Shown one piece after another: positions 6,924 through 16,560 of a stretch of 64,000 nucleotides of DNA (within the stretch, counting starts at the first letter, position 1; each line of letters begins with the position of its first letter). A program made the position numbers and the translations under genes. The notes under the pieces were generated by a model that was not told where the DNA came from, ran no database searches, and saw only the letters and a program-made list of their open reading frames with translations. The stretch lies in the NCBI GenBank assembly GCA_018830005.1, contig JAHJTE010000001.1:513332-577331 (forward strand). The letters are read 5' to 3'. This DNA is from Candidatus Omnitrophota bacterium (GTDB taxonomy: Bacteria > Omnitrophota > Gorgyraeia > JAHJTE01).

Positions 6924-8341
6924 ACAAAGATCCAGTAGGTTCAAAAGAATTAGATAGAGCGAAGAGAATAACCAATTTCAATGAGGTTATCTTAGGGCTT
7001 TCTGAACAAGAGGCGACTCTTGAGGCTAGCCGCTGTCTTCAGTGCAAGAAGCCGACTTGTATTGCCGGATGCCCCGTAGAAATAGATATAAAGAAATTCA
7101 TTTACCAGATTACACAGAAGGATTACAGGGGAGCTTATTTTACAATTCGCGAAAAGAACAATTTCCCTTCTGTTTGCGGAAGGGTTTGTCCTGCCGAGTA
7201 TCAGTGCAGAAAGGCCTGTGTCTTGACTAAGAAAGGTCTGCCGTTCGCTTCCCTCGAGGCAATTAATATACACTTTTTAGAAAGATTTGTGGGTGATTAT
7301 GGAATTAAAAATTGCATTGAGCCTGATGTGAGAAAGACAAAAGATAAAAAATTTAAAGACAAGAAAGTAGCCGTAGTAGGTTCAGGTCCGGCAGGACTCT
7401 GCGCAGCAGGAGAGCTGGCAAAGAGGGGTATAAAGGTAGTTGTTTTTGAGAGTCTTCATAAGCCAGGAGGCGTGCTTCAGTATGGAATTCCTCCTTTTAG
7501 GCTAGGAAGAGATATCCTTGATTTTGAGATAACCTATCTTAAGAAGTTAGGCGTAGATATTATACCTAATTTTATTGTGGGAAAGGCAAAGACACTAGAT
7601 GCGCTTTTATCAGAAGGATATTCTGCTATATTTTTAGGACTAGGGGCAGGCGTACCTTCTTTTTTGGGTATAAAAGGAGAAAATTTGTGTAATGTCTACT
7701 CTGCAAATGAATTTTTAACCAGGGTCAATCTTATGTCCGCATTTAAGTTTCCTGAATTCCACACCCCTGTTAATATAGGGAAAAAGGTGATAGTTATCGG
7801 AGGAGGAAATACAGCCATGGATTCTGCAAGAGTCGCATTGAGATTGCAGAGCATAAATAGCATCAGGCCTGATACATCAATTTTCTATAGGCGCACAGAC
7901 CTTGAGATGCCGGCAAGGCGGCCTGAGATTGAACATGCAAAGGAAGAGGGCGTGGGCTTTGAGTTCTTGGTCAAACCTTTGGAATTTAGAGGCGATAAGC
8001 GCGGTTATATTAAAGAGATGGTTTGTCAAAAATGCAGACTAGGTGAACCTGATAGCTCAGGCAGAAAAAGGCCTGTTCCGATTGAAGGCAGCGAGTTCAA
8101 TGTAGATTGTGACTTGGTTATTATTGCTGTAGGCCTTAAGGCTAACAGGGTATTGACCAGCGTTACGCCGAGTTTAGAAGTAGATAAATATTCAGATTTA
8201 GTAGTTAACCCTATTACTATGGAGACTTCGGTAAGGAGAGTTTTTGCAGGTGGTGATATTGTGGGAGGAGAAGGAACGGTAATTGAGGCAATGGGTATGG
8301 CAAAAAAGGCCTCTAAGGCAATAATCGAATATCTTTCATAG
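6920..8341 (+). CDS. nfnB: GltD-like NADPH-dependent oxidoreductase (glutamate synthase small-chain homolog). NfnB/SudA-type subunit
   Basis: It has N-terminal Fe-S Cys motifs (CLQCKKPTCIAGCP, CGRVCPAEYQCRKAC), two Rossmann GxGxxG motifs (VVGSGPAGL, VIGGGNTAMD) and a C-terminal FAGGDIV. Confidence 0.75.
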   Translation: MNKDPVGSKELDRAKRITNFNEVILGLSEQEATLEASRCLQCKKPTCIAGCPVEIDIKKFIYQITQKDYRGAYFTIREKNNFPSVCGRVCPAEYQCRKACVLTKKGLPFASLEAINIHFLERFVGDYGIKNCIEPDVRKTKDKKFKDKKVAVVGSGPAGLCAAGELAKRGIKVVVFESLHKPGGVLQYGIPPFRLGRDILDFEITYLKKLGVDIIPNFIVGKAKTLDALLSEGYSAIFLGLGAGVPSFLGIKGENLCNVYSANEFLTRVNLMSAFKFPEFHTPVNIGKKVIVIGGGNTAMDSARVALRLQSINSIRPDTSIFYRRTDLEMPARRPEIEHAKEEGVGFEFLVKPLEFRGDKRGYIKEMVCQKCRLGEPDSSGRKRPVPIEGSEFNVDCDLVIIAVGLKANRVLTSVTPSLEVDKYSDLVVNPITMETSVRRVFAGGDIVGGEGTVIEAMGMAKKASKAIIEYLS

Positions 8342-8432
8342 AGAGAGTTAACAGAAATTACTTGCATCAGGCTTGGGCTTGGAGTAAAATAAGTTTATCT
8401 AGAAGTGTAGTAATAGTTTAAAGGAGGTAGCG

Positions 8433-8573
8433 ATGGGCTGTGGAAGTTGTCAACCAGAAGAGAAAAAGAAGGCAACCTATGTGTGTAGAGCTTGCGGTAA
8501 AGAGGAGCTAAAAGAGGGAACTAGCTGCGAAGTAAAGAGTTGCTGCGGACAGCCAATGGATAAAAAAGAGTAA
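8433..8573 (+). CDS. Small Cys-rich (46 aa) putative metal-binding/zinc-ribbon protein
   Basis: A strong RBS AAAGGAGG lies 6 nt upstream of ATG. The product is MGCGSCQPEEKKKATYVCRACGKEELKEGTSCEVKSCCGQPMDKKE. A terminator follows. It is absent from the ORF track because it is shorter than 60 aa. Confidence 0.5.
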   Translation: MGCGSCQPEEKKKATYVCRACGKEELKEGTSCEVKSCCGQPMDKKE

Positions 8574-8596
8574 CTTGATAGTTACCTATAATATTT

Positions 8597-8636
8597 TCAA
8601 GCGCCCTTTTCTTTTATTAAAGAAAGGGCGTTTTGA
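8597..8636 (+). terminator. Rho-independent terminator (GCGCCCTTT...AAAGGGCG + TTTT)
   Basis: A perfect ~8-bp GC stem and a T-run follow the small Cys-rich ORF. Confidence 0.7.
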
Positions 8637-8658
8637 ATAAAAAAGGGGGGGTAAAAAA

Positions 8659-9384
8659 ATGATGCGCACGGCAAATCCAGCGTTAAACACCAATGCGTTT
8701 AAGGCGGTTCGACGCTTAGATGCTGCCACGAGCATGACTATTAACGGGACAGTAAATAGGACATTTATTTTACTCTTTTTGTTAGTCATGAGCGCTAATT
8801 TTGTCTGGCAAAGAGCTGCGCAAGCAAGTGGTTTGATGATATTGGGCCTAATCGGCGGTTTTATTGTTGCTATGGTGACAGTTTTTAAAAAGGAATGGGC
8901 ACCAGTAACTGCTCCAGTCTATGCCTTGCTTGAGGGTTTAGCGCTGGGTGGTATATCTGCCATATTTGAAATGCAATATCCGGGAATTGTTATCCAGGCA
9001 GTTTTTTTGACGTTTGCCACACTATTTAGTCTACTTTTTGCCTATAAATCAGGCCTTATAAAGGTAAGTGAGAATTTTAAATTAGGCGTAGTAGCTGCAA
9101 CAGGGGGTATCGCCTTAGTTTATTTTGCTACAATAATCTTAGGTTTTTTTGGAGTCAGCATTCCATTTATTCATTCAAGTGGTCCCATCGGTATAGGCTT
9201 TAGCCTTTTTGTTGTTGTTATTGCTGCGTTGAATTTGGTATTAGATTTTGATTTTATTGAACAGGGTTCTAAATTAGGCGCACCAAAATATATGGAATGG
9301 TATGGCGCATTTGGTCTTACGGTTACTCTTATCTGGCTCTATATTGAGATATTAAGACTCCTGGTCAAGAGCAGGCGTCGTTAA
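8659..9384 (+). CDS. Bax inhibitor-1 / YccA family inner-membrane protein
   Basis: It has 7 TM segments. The N-terminus (RTANPALNTNAFKAVRR) and overall pattern are typical of BI-1/YccA. It is preceded by an A6G8 tract acting as RBS. Confidence 0.7.
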   Translation: MMRTANPALNTNAFKAVRRLDAATSMTINGTVNRTFILLFLLVMSANFVWQRAAQASGLMILGLIGGFIVAMVTVFKKEWAPVTAPVYALLEGLALGGISAIFEMQYPGIVIQAVFLTFATLFSLLFAYKSGLIKVSENFKLGVVAATGGIALVYFATIILGFFGVSIPFIHSSGPIGIGFSLFVVVIAALNLVLDFDFIEQGSKLGAPKYMEWYGAFGLTVTLIWLYIEILRLLVKSRRR

Positions 9385-9395
9385 AGAGGTTAGAT

Positions 9396-9944
9396 ATGGA
9401 CTTACGAGGTATGTGGGATGAGGCCCTTAAGAATACAGAGATTATAAGACCGCGCGTTCAGGACCTTCAAACCTTTAGCACAACGCATCTGCCATATGTA
9501 TTTCTTTCAAAATCTTCCATAAATGCGGGAGATACAGTAGTTAGAAAAGGCGAGGTTGTAGTTGATAAGCCATCGCTTATCTTGCCATCCCATTCACCTC
9601 AATTCGGAGGGTTTGATTTTGAAAAAGAGTTTAATCTCAGCCAGGGGATTTTAACTAATTTCTTGATTATAAGGGGTATAAAATTCCCGTCGTTAAAATA
9701 TAATAATAAAACATATTCGCTGGATGTTTATGAAGGTGAATTAGAGAAGGCGATTTCCTACTACCGTGATAAGCTGCAAAGAGAAGAGGACGTTCATACA
9801 GGTCTGATTACTGCACCTGAGGATTATTGGCAACTTTCCGTGTTGATTTTTATCTTTACTCAAGTCGTAAAATCTGCAGATACTGACATACAGAAATTAT
9901 TAGATGATTATAGAAGAAGACAAAAAGAAAAAGGCAATAATTAA
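9396..9944 (+). CDS. Hypothetical protein (182 aa)
   Basis: It is an ORF with RBS-like AGAGG upstream. I recognise no motif. Confidence 0.4.
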   Translation: MDLRGMWDEALKNTEIIRPRVQDLQTFSTTHLPYVFLSKSSINAGDTVVRKGEVVVDKPSLILPSHSPQFGGFDFEKEFNLSQGILTNFLIIRGIKFPSLKYNNKTYSLDVYEGELEKAISYYRDKLQREEDVHTGLITAPEDYWQLSVLIFIFTQVVKSADTDIQKLLDDYRRRQKEKGNN

Positions 9945-10179
9945 GAGTTCTTTTACCCAGCGGCACTCTTTTTGATTGTCCGTTGCGGCCAATCAGTAGG
10001 CTCACGCAAAGATATCAAATCGCCCAATCTTTAAGTTAAGATCATAACGATAATAACAGCTTATAGTTATTGAATAAAGCCTAAGCTTGTGCTATTATAT
10101 TTTTCTACAATTCCTTTAAAGTGTAACCAATTATTTATTAACCAGATAATTTATGTTGTCATTTTAAAAGGGGGTTTCC

Positions 10180-10503
10180 ATGAGTTTGCTCCATCTTGAT
10201 GATAATAATTTCCAGAAAGAGATATTAGAAGGGGAGAAACCAGCCATGGTAGATTTCTATACCACCTGGTGCGGCCCCTGTAAAATCGTCTCACCAATTA
10301 TTGAAGAATTGGCCGAGGAATATAAAGGTCGCTTCAAGGTTGCTAAAGTAAATGTAGAGGAGGCACAGAATGTTGCTACTAAATATTCAATCATGTCTGT
10401 TCCTACACTTTTGTTTTTTAAAGCCGGCAGAGTTATTGATCAGGTTGTCGGCGTTTTATCAAAGCAGCAATTAAAGATAAAAATGGATAAGTTTCTCGCT
10501 TAA
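10180..10503 (+). CDS. trxA: Thioredoxin
   Basis: It has the WCGPC active site and is 107 aa. Confidence 0.9.
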   Translation: MSLLHLDDNNFQKEILEGEKPAMVDFYTTWCGPCKIVSPIIEELAEEYKGRFKVAKVNVEEAQNVATKYSIMSVPTLLFFKAGRVIDQVVGVLSKQQLKIKMDKFLA

Positions 10504-10518
10504 GTCTAATAATTTATC

Positions 10519-11616
10519 ATGAAAAGGATTTTTATTGCCGCTACACAGCAGAATGATGGCAAGACCACTGTTGCCTTAGGTCTGATGTGTAATCTAAAAG
10601 AGCGCTTAAAAAAATTGGGCTTTATCAAGCCAATCGGTCAGAGATATTTAGAAGAGGAAGGGGATAAGATTGATGAGGATTCCTTACTCATAGAGAGAAC
10701 ATTAAAATCATGCGGCATAAGATGTGGTCTTAAGGATACAAGCCCTGTAGCAGTAGAGAGAGGTTTTACTGAAGATTATATAACAAATCCCCAACGCAAG
10801 GTAATTGAACGTAAGATAAAGGAGGCGTTCAAGAGAGTATCCAAAGACAGGAAGATGATGATTATTGAAGGCACAGGACATGCTGGCGTAGGTTCTGTCT
10901 TTGACCATTCGAATGCCAAAGTAGCTAAGATGCTTAAGTCTAAGGTTATCATTGTCTCAAGTGGTGGCCTGGGACGGCCGATTGATGAGATAGTCCTTAA
11001 TAAGTCACTTTTTGATAGAGAGAAAGTCTCCGTAGCAGGAGTAATTATTAATAAAGTTTTGCCTGAAAAGTATGATAAAATAAATCGCCTTATACGCAAG
11101 GGGCTTAAAAGAAAGGGAGTAGATGTATTGGGCGTTATGCCTTATAATAAGATATTAAGTTCCTGCACTGTAAAGCAAATCATAGAAGAGGCTAATTTTG
11201 AATTGCTTTTGGGTGAAAGTTTCTTAGAAAGAAGGATTGAACGGATAATAGTAGGCGCGATGCAGGCTATAGATGCACTTAAATATTTTAAAGATGAGAT
11301 GTTGGTTATAACGCCGGGTGACCGCGAGGATATTCTATCAGCTGCTCTTAAAGCGACTCATGCTGATGGAGAGAAAGGCATAAAGATTTCGGGTTTTATT
11401 CTTACGGGTGGATTCGTCCCCGCAAATAGTATAATGAAACAATTGACCGAGGCAAAGATACCGGTATTACTATCCAAGAGAGACACATATTCAGTCGCCT
11501 CTATTGTAAATAGCATTACTGTTAAGATTGGACCTGGGGATAAAGAGAAGATAGCTATTGCAGTGGATATGGCAAAACAGTATTTGGATATGGATAGAAT
11601 TATGGGGTGTAGTTGA
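10519..11616 (+). CDS. Stand-alone Pta N-terminal regulatory domain protein (BioD/CobQ-like P-loop + DRTGG domain)
   Basis: MKRIFIAATQQNDGKTTVALGL...FIKPIGQRY resembles the N-terminal half of long-form E. coli-type Pta. It ends 1 nt before the pta catalytic gene. Confidence 0.7.
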   Translation: MKRIFIAATQQNDGKTTVALGLMCNLKERLKKLGFIKPIGQRYLEEEGDKIDEDSLLIERTLKSCGIRCGLKDTSPVAVERGFTEDYITNPQRKVIERKIKEAFKRVSKDRKMMIIEGTGHAGVGSVFDHSNAKVAKMLKSKVIIVSSGGLGRPIDEIVLNKSLFDREKVSVAGVIINKVLPEKYDKINRLIRKGLKRKGVDVLGVMPYNKILSSCTVKQIIEEANFELLLGESFLERRIERIIVGAMQAIDALKYFKDEMLVITPGDREDILSAALKATHADGEKGIKISGFILTGGFVPANSIMKQLTEAKIPVLLSKRDTYSVASIVNSITVKIGPGDKEKIAIAVDMAKQYLDMDRIMGCS

Positions 11617-11617
11617 T

Positions 11618-12568
11618 ATGCAGATTGAGCGATTCTTAAGAGACAAGGCAAAGGGAATAAGGTCAGAAATAATTTTACCTGAAGCTGGTGAATCTCGTGT
11701 GCAAAAGGCTGTCAGGATTATAAACAAAGAGAAGATCGCACGCGTCCTGTTATTAGAAAAGAAGAAATTAAGTAAGAATAAAATCAAGAAGTTTGCTAAT
11801 ACCTTTTATGAGCTGCGCAGACAAAAAGGCATATCTATGCTAGATGCAGTAAAAATAGTGAGTGATCCGCTCTATTACGCTGCAATGATGGTGAAGAATG
11901 GCGAGGCTGATGGATTTGTCGCCGGAGCTCATTACACCACTCCTAATGTTGCACGCGCGGCAATTTATTGCCTAGGGGTTGATAAACGCTTTAGCATTGC
12001 CTCTAGTTCTTTTATAGTAGCCATTCCTGACTGTAAGTATGGTGAAGCAGGTATATTTATCTTTGCTGATTGCGGGATCGTACCAGATCCTTCCTCTGAT
12101 ACATTAGCCAATATTGCTATCTGTACTGCCCAGATTGCCAGAGATGTTATTGGGATTAAGCCACGAGTAGCTATGTTAAGTTATTCTACGCGGGGTTCCT
12201 CAGTAGGTCGGCTGGTACAAAAGGTAAGAAGGGCCACAGAGCTCGTAAAAGAGAAAGCGCCAGGACTCCTTGTGGATGGGGAAATGCAAGTAGATAGCGC
12301 CATTGTTCCAGAAGTCTCTAGGATAAAATATCCTAACAGCAAACTTAAAGGCAGGGCGAATGTTTTGATTTTTCCTAACTTAGAAGCCGGTAATATTGGT
12401 TATAAATTAGTCCAGCGCCTGGCTAATGCCAGGGCTATCGGACCTATCTTGCAAGGACTGAATTTTCCTTGTTCTGATTTATCGCGGGGATGCTCAGTGG
12501 ATGATATAGTCGATTGCGTTGCGGTTACAGCAATTCGCTCAAAAAAGAAGTCAGATGGGAAGAGATAA
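11618..12568 (+). CDS. pta: Phosphate acetyltransferase (PTA_PTB catalytic domain)
   Basis: The PTA fold is supported by motifs MQIERFLRDKAKGIRSEIILPEAGE...GEADGFVAGAHYTT...SRGCSVDDIVD. ATG 11618 is preferred over the upstream track start. Confidence 0.85.
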   Translation: MQIERFLRDKAKGIRSEIILPEAGESRVQKAVRIINKEKIARVLLLEKKKLSKNKIKKFANTFYELRRQKGISMLDAVKIVSDPLYYAAMMVKNGEADGFVAGAHYTTPNVARAAIYCLGVDKRFSIASSSFIVAIPDCKYGEAGIFIFADCGIVPDPSSDTLANIAICTAQIARDVIGIKPRVAMLSYSTRGSSVGRLVQKVRRATELVKEKAPGLLVDGEMQVDSAIVPEVSRIKYPNSKLKGRANVLIFPNLEAGNIGYKLVQRLANARAIGPILQGLNFPCSDLSRGCSVDDIVDCVAVTAIRSKKKSDGKR

Positions 12569-12575
12569 GAAGATT

Positions 12576-13640
12576 ATGAGGATCCTTGTTCTCAATTCAG
12601 GTTCTTCCTCAATTAAGTATAGTCTTTTTGCTATACCGGGTGAGAAGCTCCTGAAAAAAGGTTTGGTTGAAAGAATCGGCCAGAAAAAAAGCCGCATAAA
12701 GAATCATAAGCAGGCCTTAGAGAAGATATTAAAAGATAGGCAAGACATTGATGCGATAGGGCATCGTGTAGTACATGGGGCAGAGAACTTTAGAAAACCA
12801 CAGATAATAACAAAGAAAGTTTTAGTAAGGTTAGAGCGCTTATCTAGCTTAGCACCTCTTCATAATCCGGCTAACATCACAGGTATTAAGGTCTGTGCTA
12901 AAATTTTACCCTCTGTTGCGCAGGTTGCTGTATTTGATACAGCATTTCATCAGGCCATGCCTGCATACGCATATATGTATGGACTTCCTTTTAGTTATTA
13001 CCGTCGATTTGGCATACGCAGATATGGATTTCATGGCACAAGCCATGAGTATGTTGCAGTTAAAGCAGCAGGTGTTCTTGGCAAGCCGTTATCCAAACTG
13101 AAATTGATTACCTGCCATTTAGGAAACGGCTCAAGTATTGCCGCAGTCAAAGCCGGCCGTTCTATTGATACGAGTATGGGATTTACGCCTTTAGAAGGCC
13201 TGCTCATGGGCACTAGGAGCGGAGATATAGATCCGGCCTTAATATTTTTCTTGAAAAAGAAATTAGGAGTATCGCTGGGGAGAATCGAACACATACTAAA
13301 CAAAGAAAGCGGCCTCAAAGGACTCTCAGGAATAAGTAATGATTTAAGGCAGATAAAGAAGGCGGCTTCCAAAGGCAATAGTCGAGCAAAACTAGCCCTG
13401 GATATATTTATCTACCGCCTGAAAAAATATATCAGCGCTTATTTTGGAATCTTAGGTGGAGCAGACGCGATTGTTTTTACCGGCGGCATTGGTGAGAATA
13501 ATCCAGATATAATAAAAAAGGTTAGAGTCGCCCTTAATGTTTTTTTTAAAAAAGCAGGGACAAAAATATTGGTTATACCTACGGATGAAGAGTTGATTAT
13601 CGCCCGAAAAACTTATGAATTAGTCAGCAAAAAGATATGA
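12576..13640 (+). CDS. ackA: Acetate kinase
   Basis: The N-terminus is MRILVLNSGSSSIKYSLF. HGTSH and ITCHLGNGSS motifs are present. Confidence 0.9.
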   Translation: MRILVLNSGSSSIKYSLFAIPGEKLLKKGLVERIGQKKSRIKNHKQALEKILKDRQDIDAIGHRVVHGAENFRKPQIITKKVLVRLERLSSLAPLHNPANITGIKVCAKILPSVAQVAVFDTAFHQAMPAYAYMYGLPFSYYRRFGIRRYGFHGTSHEYVAVKAAGVLGKPLSKLKLITCHLGNGSSIAAVKAGRSIDTSMGFTPLEGLLMGTRSGDIDPALIFFLKKKLGVSLGRIEHILNKESGLKGLSGISNDLRQIKKAASKGNSRAKLALDIFIYRLKKYISAYFGILGGADAIVFTGGIGENNPDIIKKVRVALNVFFKKAGTKILVIPTDEELIIARKTYELVSKKI

Positions 13641-13647
13641 GGTAGAA

Positions 13648-14013
13648 ATGTATAGAGAAATCGCAAGAAGTAAAATTCATCGCGTCCGGATTACCGAGAC
13701 ACAGCTTTACTACGAAGGCAGTATTACGATAGATAAGGATTTACTTGAAGCTGCTGATATCGTTGAAGGAGAAAAGGTGGATGTGCTCAATCTAGCAAAT
13801 GGAAGTCGAGTTCAGACCTATGTTATTGCTGCTGCATCAGGAAGCGGTAGCGTCATCTTAAACGGTCCAGCTGCAAAGAGTGGTAAAAAAGGAGACGAGG
13901 TTATAATCATTACCTATTATCTTATTCCCAATAATGAGATTGGAAAGATTAAGACAACGCCTAGGGTAGTCTACGTAGACGAAAATAATCGCAAAGTAAG
14001 GGTGAAGGAATGA
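13648..14013 (+). CDS. panD: Aspartate 1-decarboxylase
   Basis: The product has KIHRVRITE...YEGSITID (Gly-Ser self-cleavage site) and is 121 aa. Confidence 0.85.
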   Translation: MYREIARSKIHRVRITETQLYYEGSITIDKDLLEAADIVEGEKVDVLNLANGSRVQTYVIAAASGSGSVILNGPAAKSGKKGDEVIIITYYLIPNNEIGKIKTTPRVVYVDENNRKVRVKE

Positions 14014-14219
14014 GTCAGAAATGTCCTAATAATTCTATAAATCTGAAAAATTGTACTTGCACATATGGATCTTGTTCACGAAAAGGCCTCTGTTGTGAGT
14101 GCGTAAGGTATCATCTTGAAAACGGCGAAATTCCAGGTTGCTTTTTCTCAGCCGAGGCTGAGAGTAGGTTTGATCGTTCTTACAGTGCTTTCTCGAGAGA
14201 TTTAAAAGCAAGAGGTTAA
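14010..14219 (+). CDS. Small Cys-rich protein (69 aa, 8 Cys)
   Basis: The product contains CPNNSINLKNCTCTYGSCSRKGLCCECVRYH. It overlaps panD by 4 bp and its stop is 1 nt from the GTG start of trxB. Confidence 0.5.
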   Translation: MSQKCPNNSINLKNCTCTYGSCSRKGLCCECVRYHLENGEIPGCFFSAEAESRFDRSYSAFSRDLKARG

Positions 14220-14220
14220 T

Positions 14221-15165
14221 GTGAATGAAGTAAACGAAGTTATTGATTGTATTATTGTTGGAGCAGGTCCGGCAGGTCTTAGCGCAGCCCTCTATGCAGC
14301 CAGGGCGCGTTTAAAAATTAAAATATTTGAATCGCATTTAATTGGCGGCCAAATTATGCTTACCGACCGGCTGGATAATTACCCTGGTTTTCCTCAAGGG
14401 ACATTGCCAGCTGATTTAATTGATGCTATAAAAAGTGAGGTTAGTAATTTGGGGGTTGATGTACAGACAGGTAGGGTTGAGAAAATTACTAGGCTTAATC
14501 AGTCCAAAGAGGGCAAGGTTTTTAAGATAACTTGTGATGATAGAGAATTTAAATCGCGTTCCTTAATAATAGCCACAGGCGCAAGCCCGAAAAAACTCAA
14601 CATAGAAGGGGAAGAGCAATTCTTAGCCAAAGGTGTTTCTTATTGCGCAACTTGTGATGGCCCTATGTTCAAGGATAAAACAGTTGTTGTAATTGGAGGT
14701 GGAAACGCCGCAGTAGAAGAGGCGATATTTTTGAGTCGTTTTGTTAAGAAACTATATCTTGCGCATCGCAGAGATAGATTAAGAGCAGTATCAATATTGC
14801 AGGAAAAATTAAGACAGGTTAAAAATTGTGAATTCCTCCTAAATAGCATTCCCGTTGCTATAGAAGGTAAGGATCGAGTCAACGCCCTTGTAATTAAGAA
14901 TGTTTTGGATAATAAAAAGGCGAGAATTGACTGCGATGGAGTATTTATTTTTGTTGGCATAATCGCCAATACCGACTTAGTGAAGGGGCTGCTTAGGCTT
15001 GATGATAAGGGATTTATTATTGTCGATAACCAGATGCGTACTTCAGAAGAAGGTATATTTGCTTGTGGCGACGCCAGGAGTAAGGACCTAAGGCAGGTAG
15101 TAACTGCTTGTTCTGATGGTGCGCAGGCAGCATTTTCTGCCCAAAATTTTATAATTAAATATTGA
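14221..15165 (+). CDS. trxB: Thioredoxin-disulfide reductase
   Basis: It has GAGPAGLSAALYAARA, the redox-active CATCDG, and GGGNAAVEEA. Confidence 0.9.
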   Translation: MNEVNEVIDCIIVGAGPAGLSAALYAARARLKIKIFESHLIGGQIMLTDRLDNYPGFPQGTLPADLIDAIKSEVSNLGVDVQTGRVEKITRLNQSKEGKVFKITCDDREFKSRSLIIATGASPKKLNIEGEEQFLAKGVSYCATCDGPMFKDKTVVVIGGGNAAVEEAIFLSRFVKKLYLAHRRDRLRAVSILQEKLRQVKNCEFLLNSIPVAIEGKDRVNALVIKNVLDNKKARIDCDGVFIFVGIIANTDLVKGLLRLDDKGFIIVDNQMRTSEEGIFACGDARSKDLRQVVTACSDGAQAAFSAQNFIIKY

Positions 15166-16109
15166 AAACATCCATCTCTATCCTAATACGCTTAGTAGTC
15201 ACTTCTTTAATCCTTGGTTTTCTCTTTCTGAAGATTAATTTCGTCCAGGTTTTTTCAATTATTAGTACATGTGATATTTTATTTTTTCTCGCATCATTTC
15301 TTCTGTTTATCTCGCTTTATTTTTTTGGGATCTTGCGTTGGCAGATGTTATTGCATGCCTTAGAATTGAGGCCACCCTTATCTAGGATTGTTACAGCTTT
15401 TTCTGGCGGTCTTTTTTTTAATATGATTTTACCCAGTACCATTGGTGGAGATGTTGCCAGGGCCTACTCTCTTTTTTCACATACCAAAGAGGCAAGTAAG
15501 ATTGTGGCAACAGTAATATTGGACAGACTCAGCGGATTTTTGGCTGTAACATTTATTGCCATATTATCCTATGCATTTGGCCATTCCTACATTAATAGTC
15601 CGCTCATAGGTTGGATTATCCTTTTTATTGCTAGTATTTTTATTTTTATCTCCTTGCTTTTATTCTCAAGGTATATATCGGAGAAATTCTGTGCCTTTTT
15701 AAGATTATTGCGATTAAAAAAGATAGAGGCTGTCTGGTTGAAGATTTTTAATGCCTTAAGTCTTTTTAGGGATAAAAAGGGAGTCTTGTTTAGGAATTTT
15801 CTAATCTCTTTATTAATTCAAGGAACCCTTGTCATAATATTCTATTTAATTGCCCTATCGCTTAGGGCTAATACCAAAGTTATTTATTTTTTTGTTATTG
15901 TGCCAATTATTCAAGTCATATCCACGATTCCTATTACTATCGGCGGTTTGGGATTAAGGGATGCATCGGCAGTACTCTTTTTCTCAAAGGTCTTTATTCC
16001 TTCAGAAATTGCTGTTTCTATTTCTTTGATTTCCTTCCTTTTCTTAGTAATAGTAGGCGTAGCCGGAGGCATAGTCTATGTCCTTACATTACATACTCGA
16101 CGGTTATAA
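15162..16109 (+). CDS. Flippase-like / lysylphosphatidylglycerol synthase TM-region family membrane protein (UPF0104)
   Basis: It has 8 TM helices, a GGDVARAYSL motif and an LRWQ motif. Confidence 0.6.
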   Translation: MKTSISILIRLVVTSLILGFLFLKINFVQVFSIISTCDILFFLASFLLFISLYFFGILRWQMLLHALELRPPLSRIVTAFSGGLFFNMILPSTIGGDVARAYSLFSHTKEASKIVATVILDRLSGFLAVTFIAILSYAFGHSYINSPLIGWIILFIASIFIFISLLLFSRYISEKFCAFLRLLRLKKIEAVWLKIFNALSLFRDKKGVLFRNFLISLLIQGTLVIIFYLIALSLRANTKVIYFFVIVPIIQVISTIPITIGGLGLRDASAVLFFSKVFIPSEIAVSISLISFLFLVIVGVAGGIVYVLTLHTRRL

Positions 16110-16560
16110 TATCTTAAAGCAGGTTTCCCATCTTAGCGATAGAAAATTAAAACATGGCAGACTGGGTTTAATTCAGATGCTAAGGCTAAGCCCTAGCTTG
16201 AAGAAGCAGAAGATTACCATTGTATTTGACGGTTGTGAAGATGGGCAGGGTTTAAGTCCACGCCGAGATTTCCAAATTCTATTTTCTAAGAGTTTGAATG
16301 CTGATAATAAAATCAAGAGCCTTGTTGAGCGATCTGACTCTAGGCGAAGGATTGTTGTTGTCTCAGATGATAAGGAGCTGTGTTTTTTTATTAGGGGTTT
16401 GGGGGCATGTATCTTAAGTGTTTCTGAGTTTACCTCAGAGATCTTGCAAAAATATAAGACTTCTTCTGACTCTAGAGAGTCTGAAAAAGATTTAGATTAC
16501 AAGCAGAAGTTGGCGATTAACCGGGAATTTAGGAAAATCTGGCTGGGAGAGACAGATTAG
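16078..16560 (+). CDS. NYN-domain (YacP-like) putative RNase
   Basis: The N-terminus HYILDGYNIL... resembles YacP/Rae1 LxVDGYN. Acidic residues sit downstream (VVVSDD). Confidence 0.55.
   Translation: MSLHYILDGYNILKQVSHLSDRKLKHGRLGLIQMLRLSPSLKKQKITIVFDGCEDGQGLSPRRDFQILFSKSLNADNKIKSLVERSDSRRRIVVVSDDKELCFFIRGLGACILSVSEFTSEILQKYKTSSDSRESEKDLDYKQKLAINREFRKIWLGETD

Noticed and set aside
10708-11787. Minus-strand ORFs 10708..10908, 10776..11099, 11358..11651 and 11491..11787
   Set aside because: They are antisense to the pta N-domain and pta genes. They are shadow ORFs.
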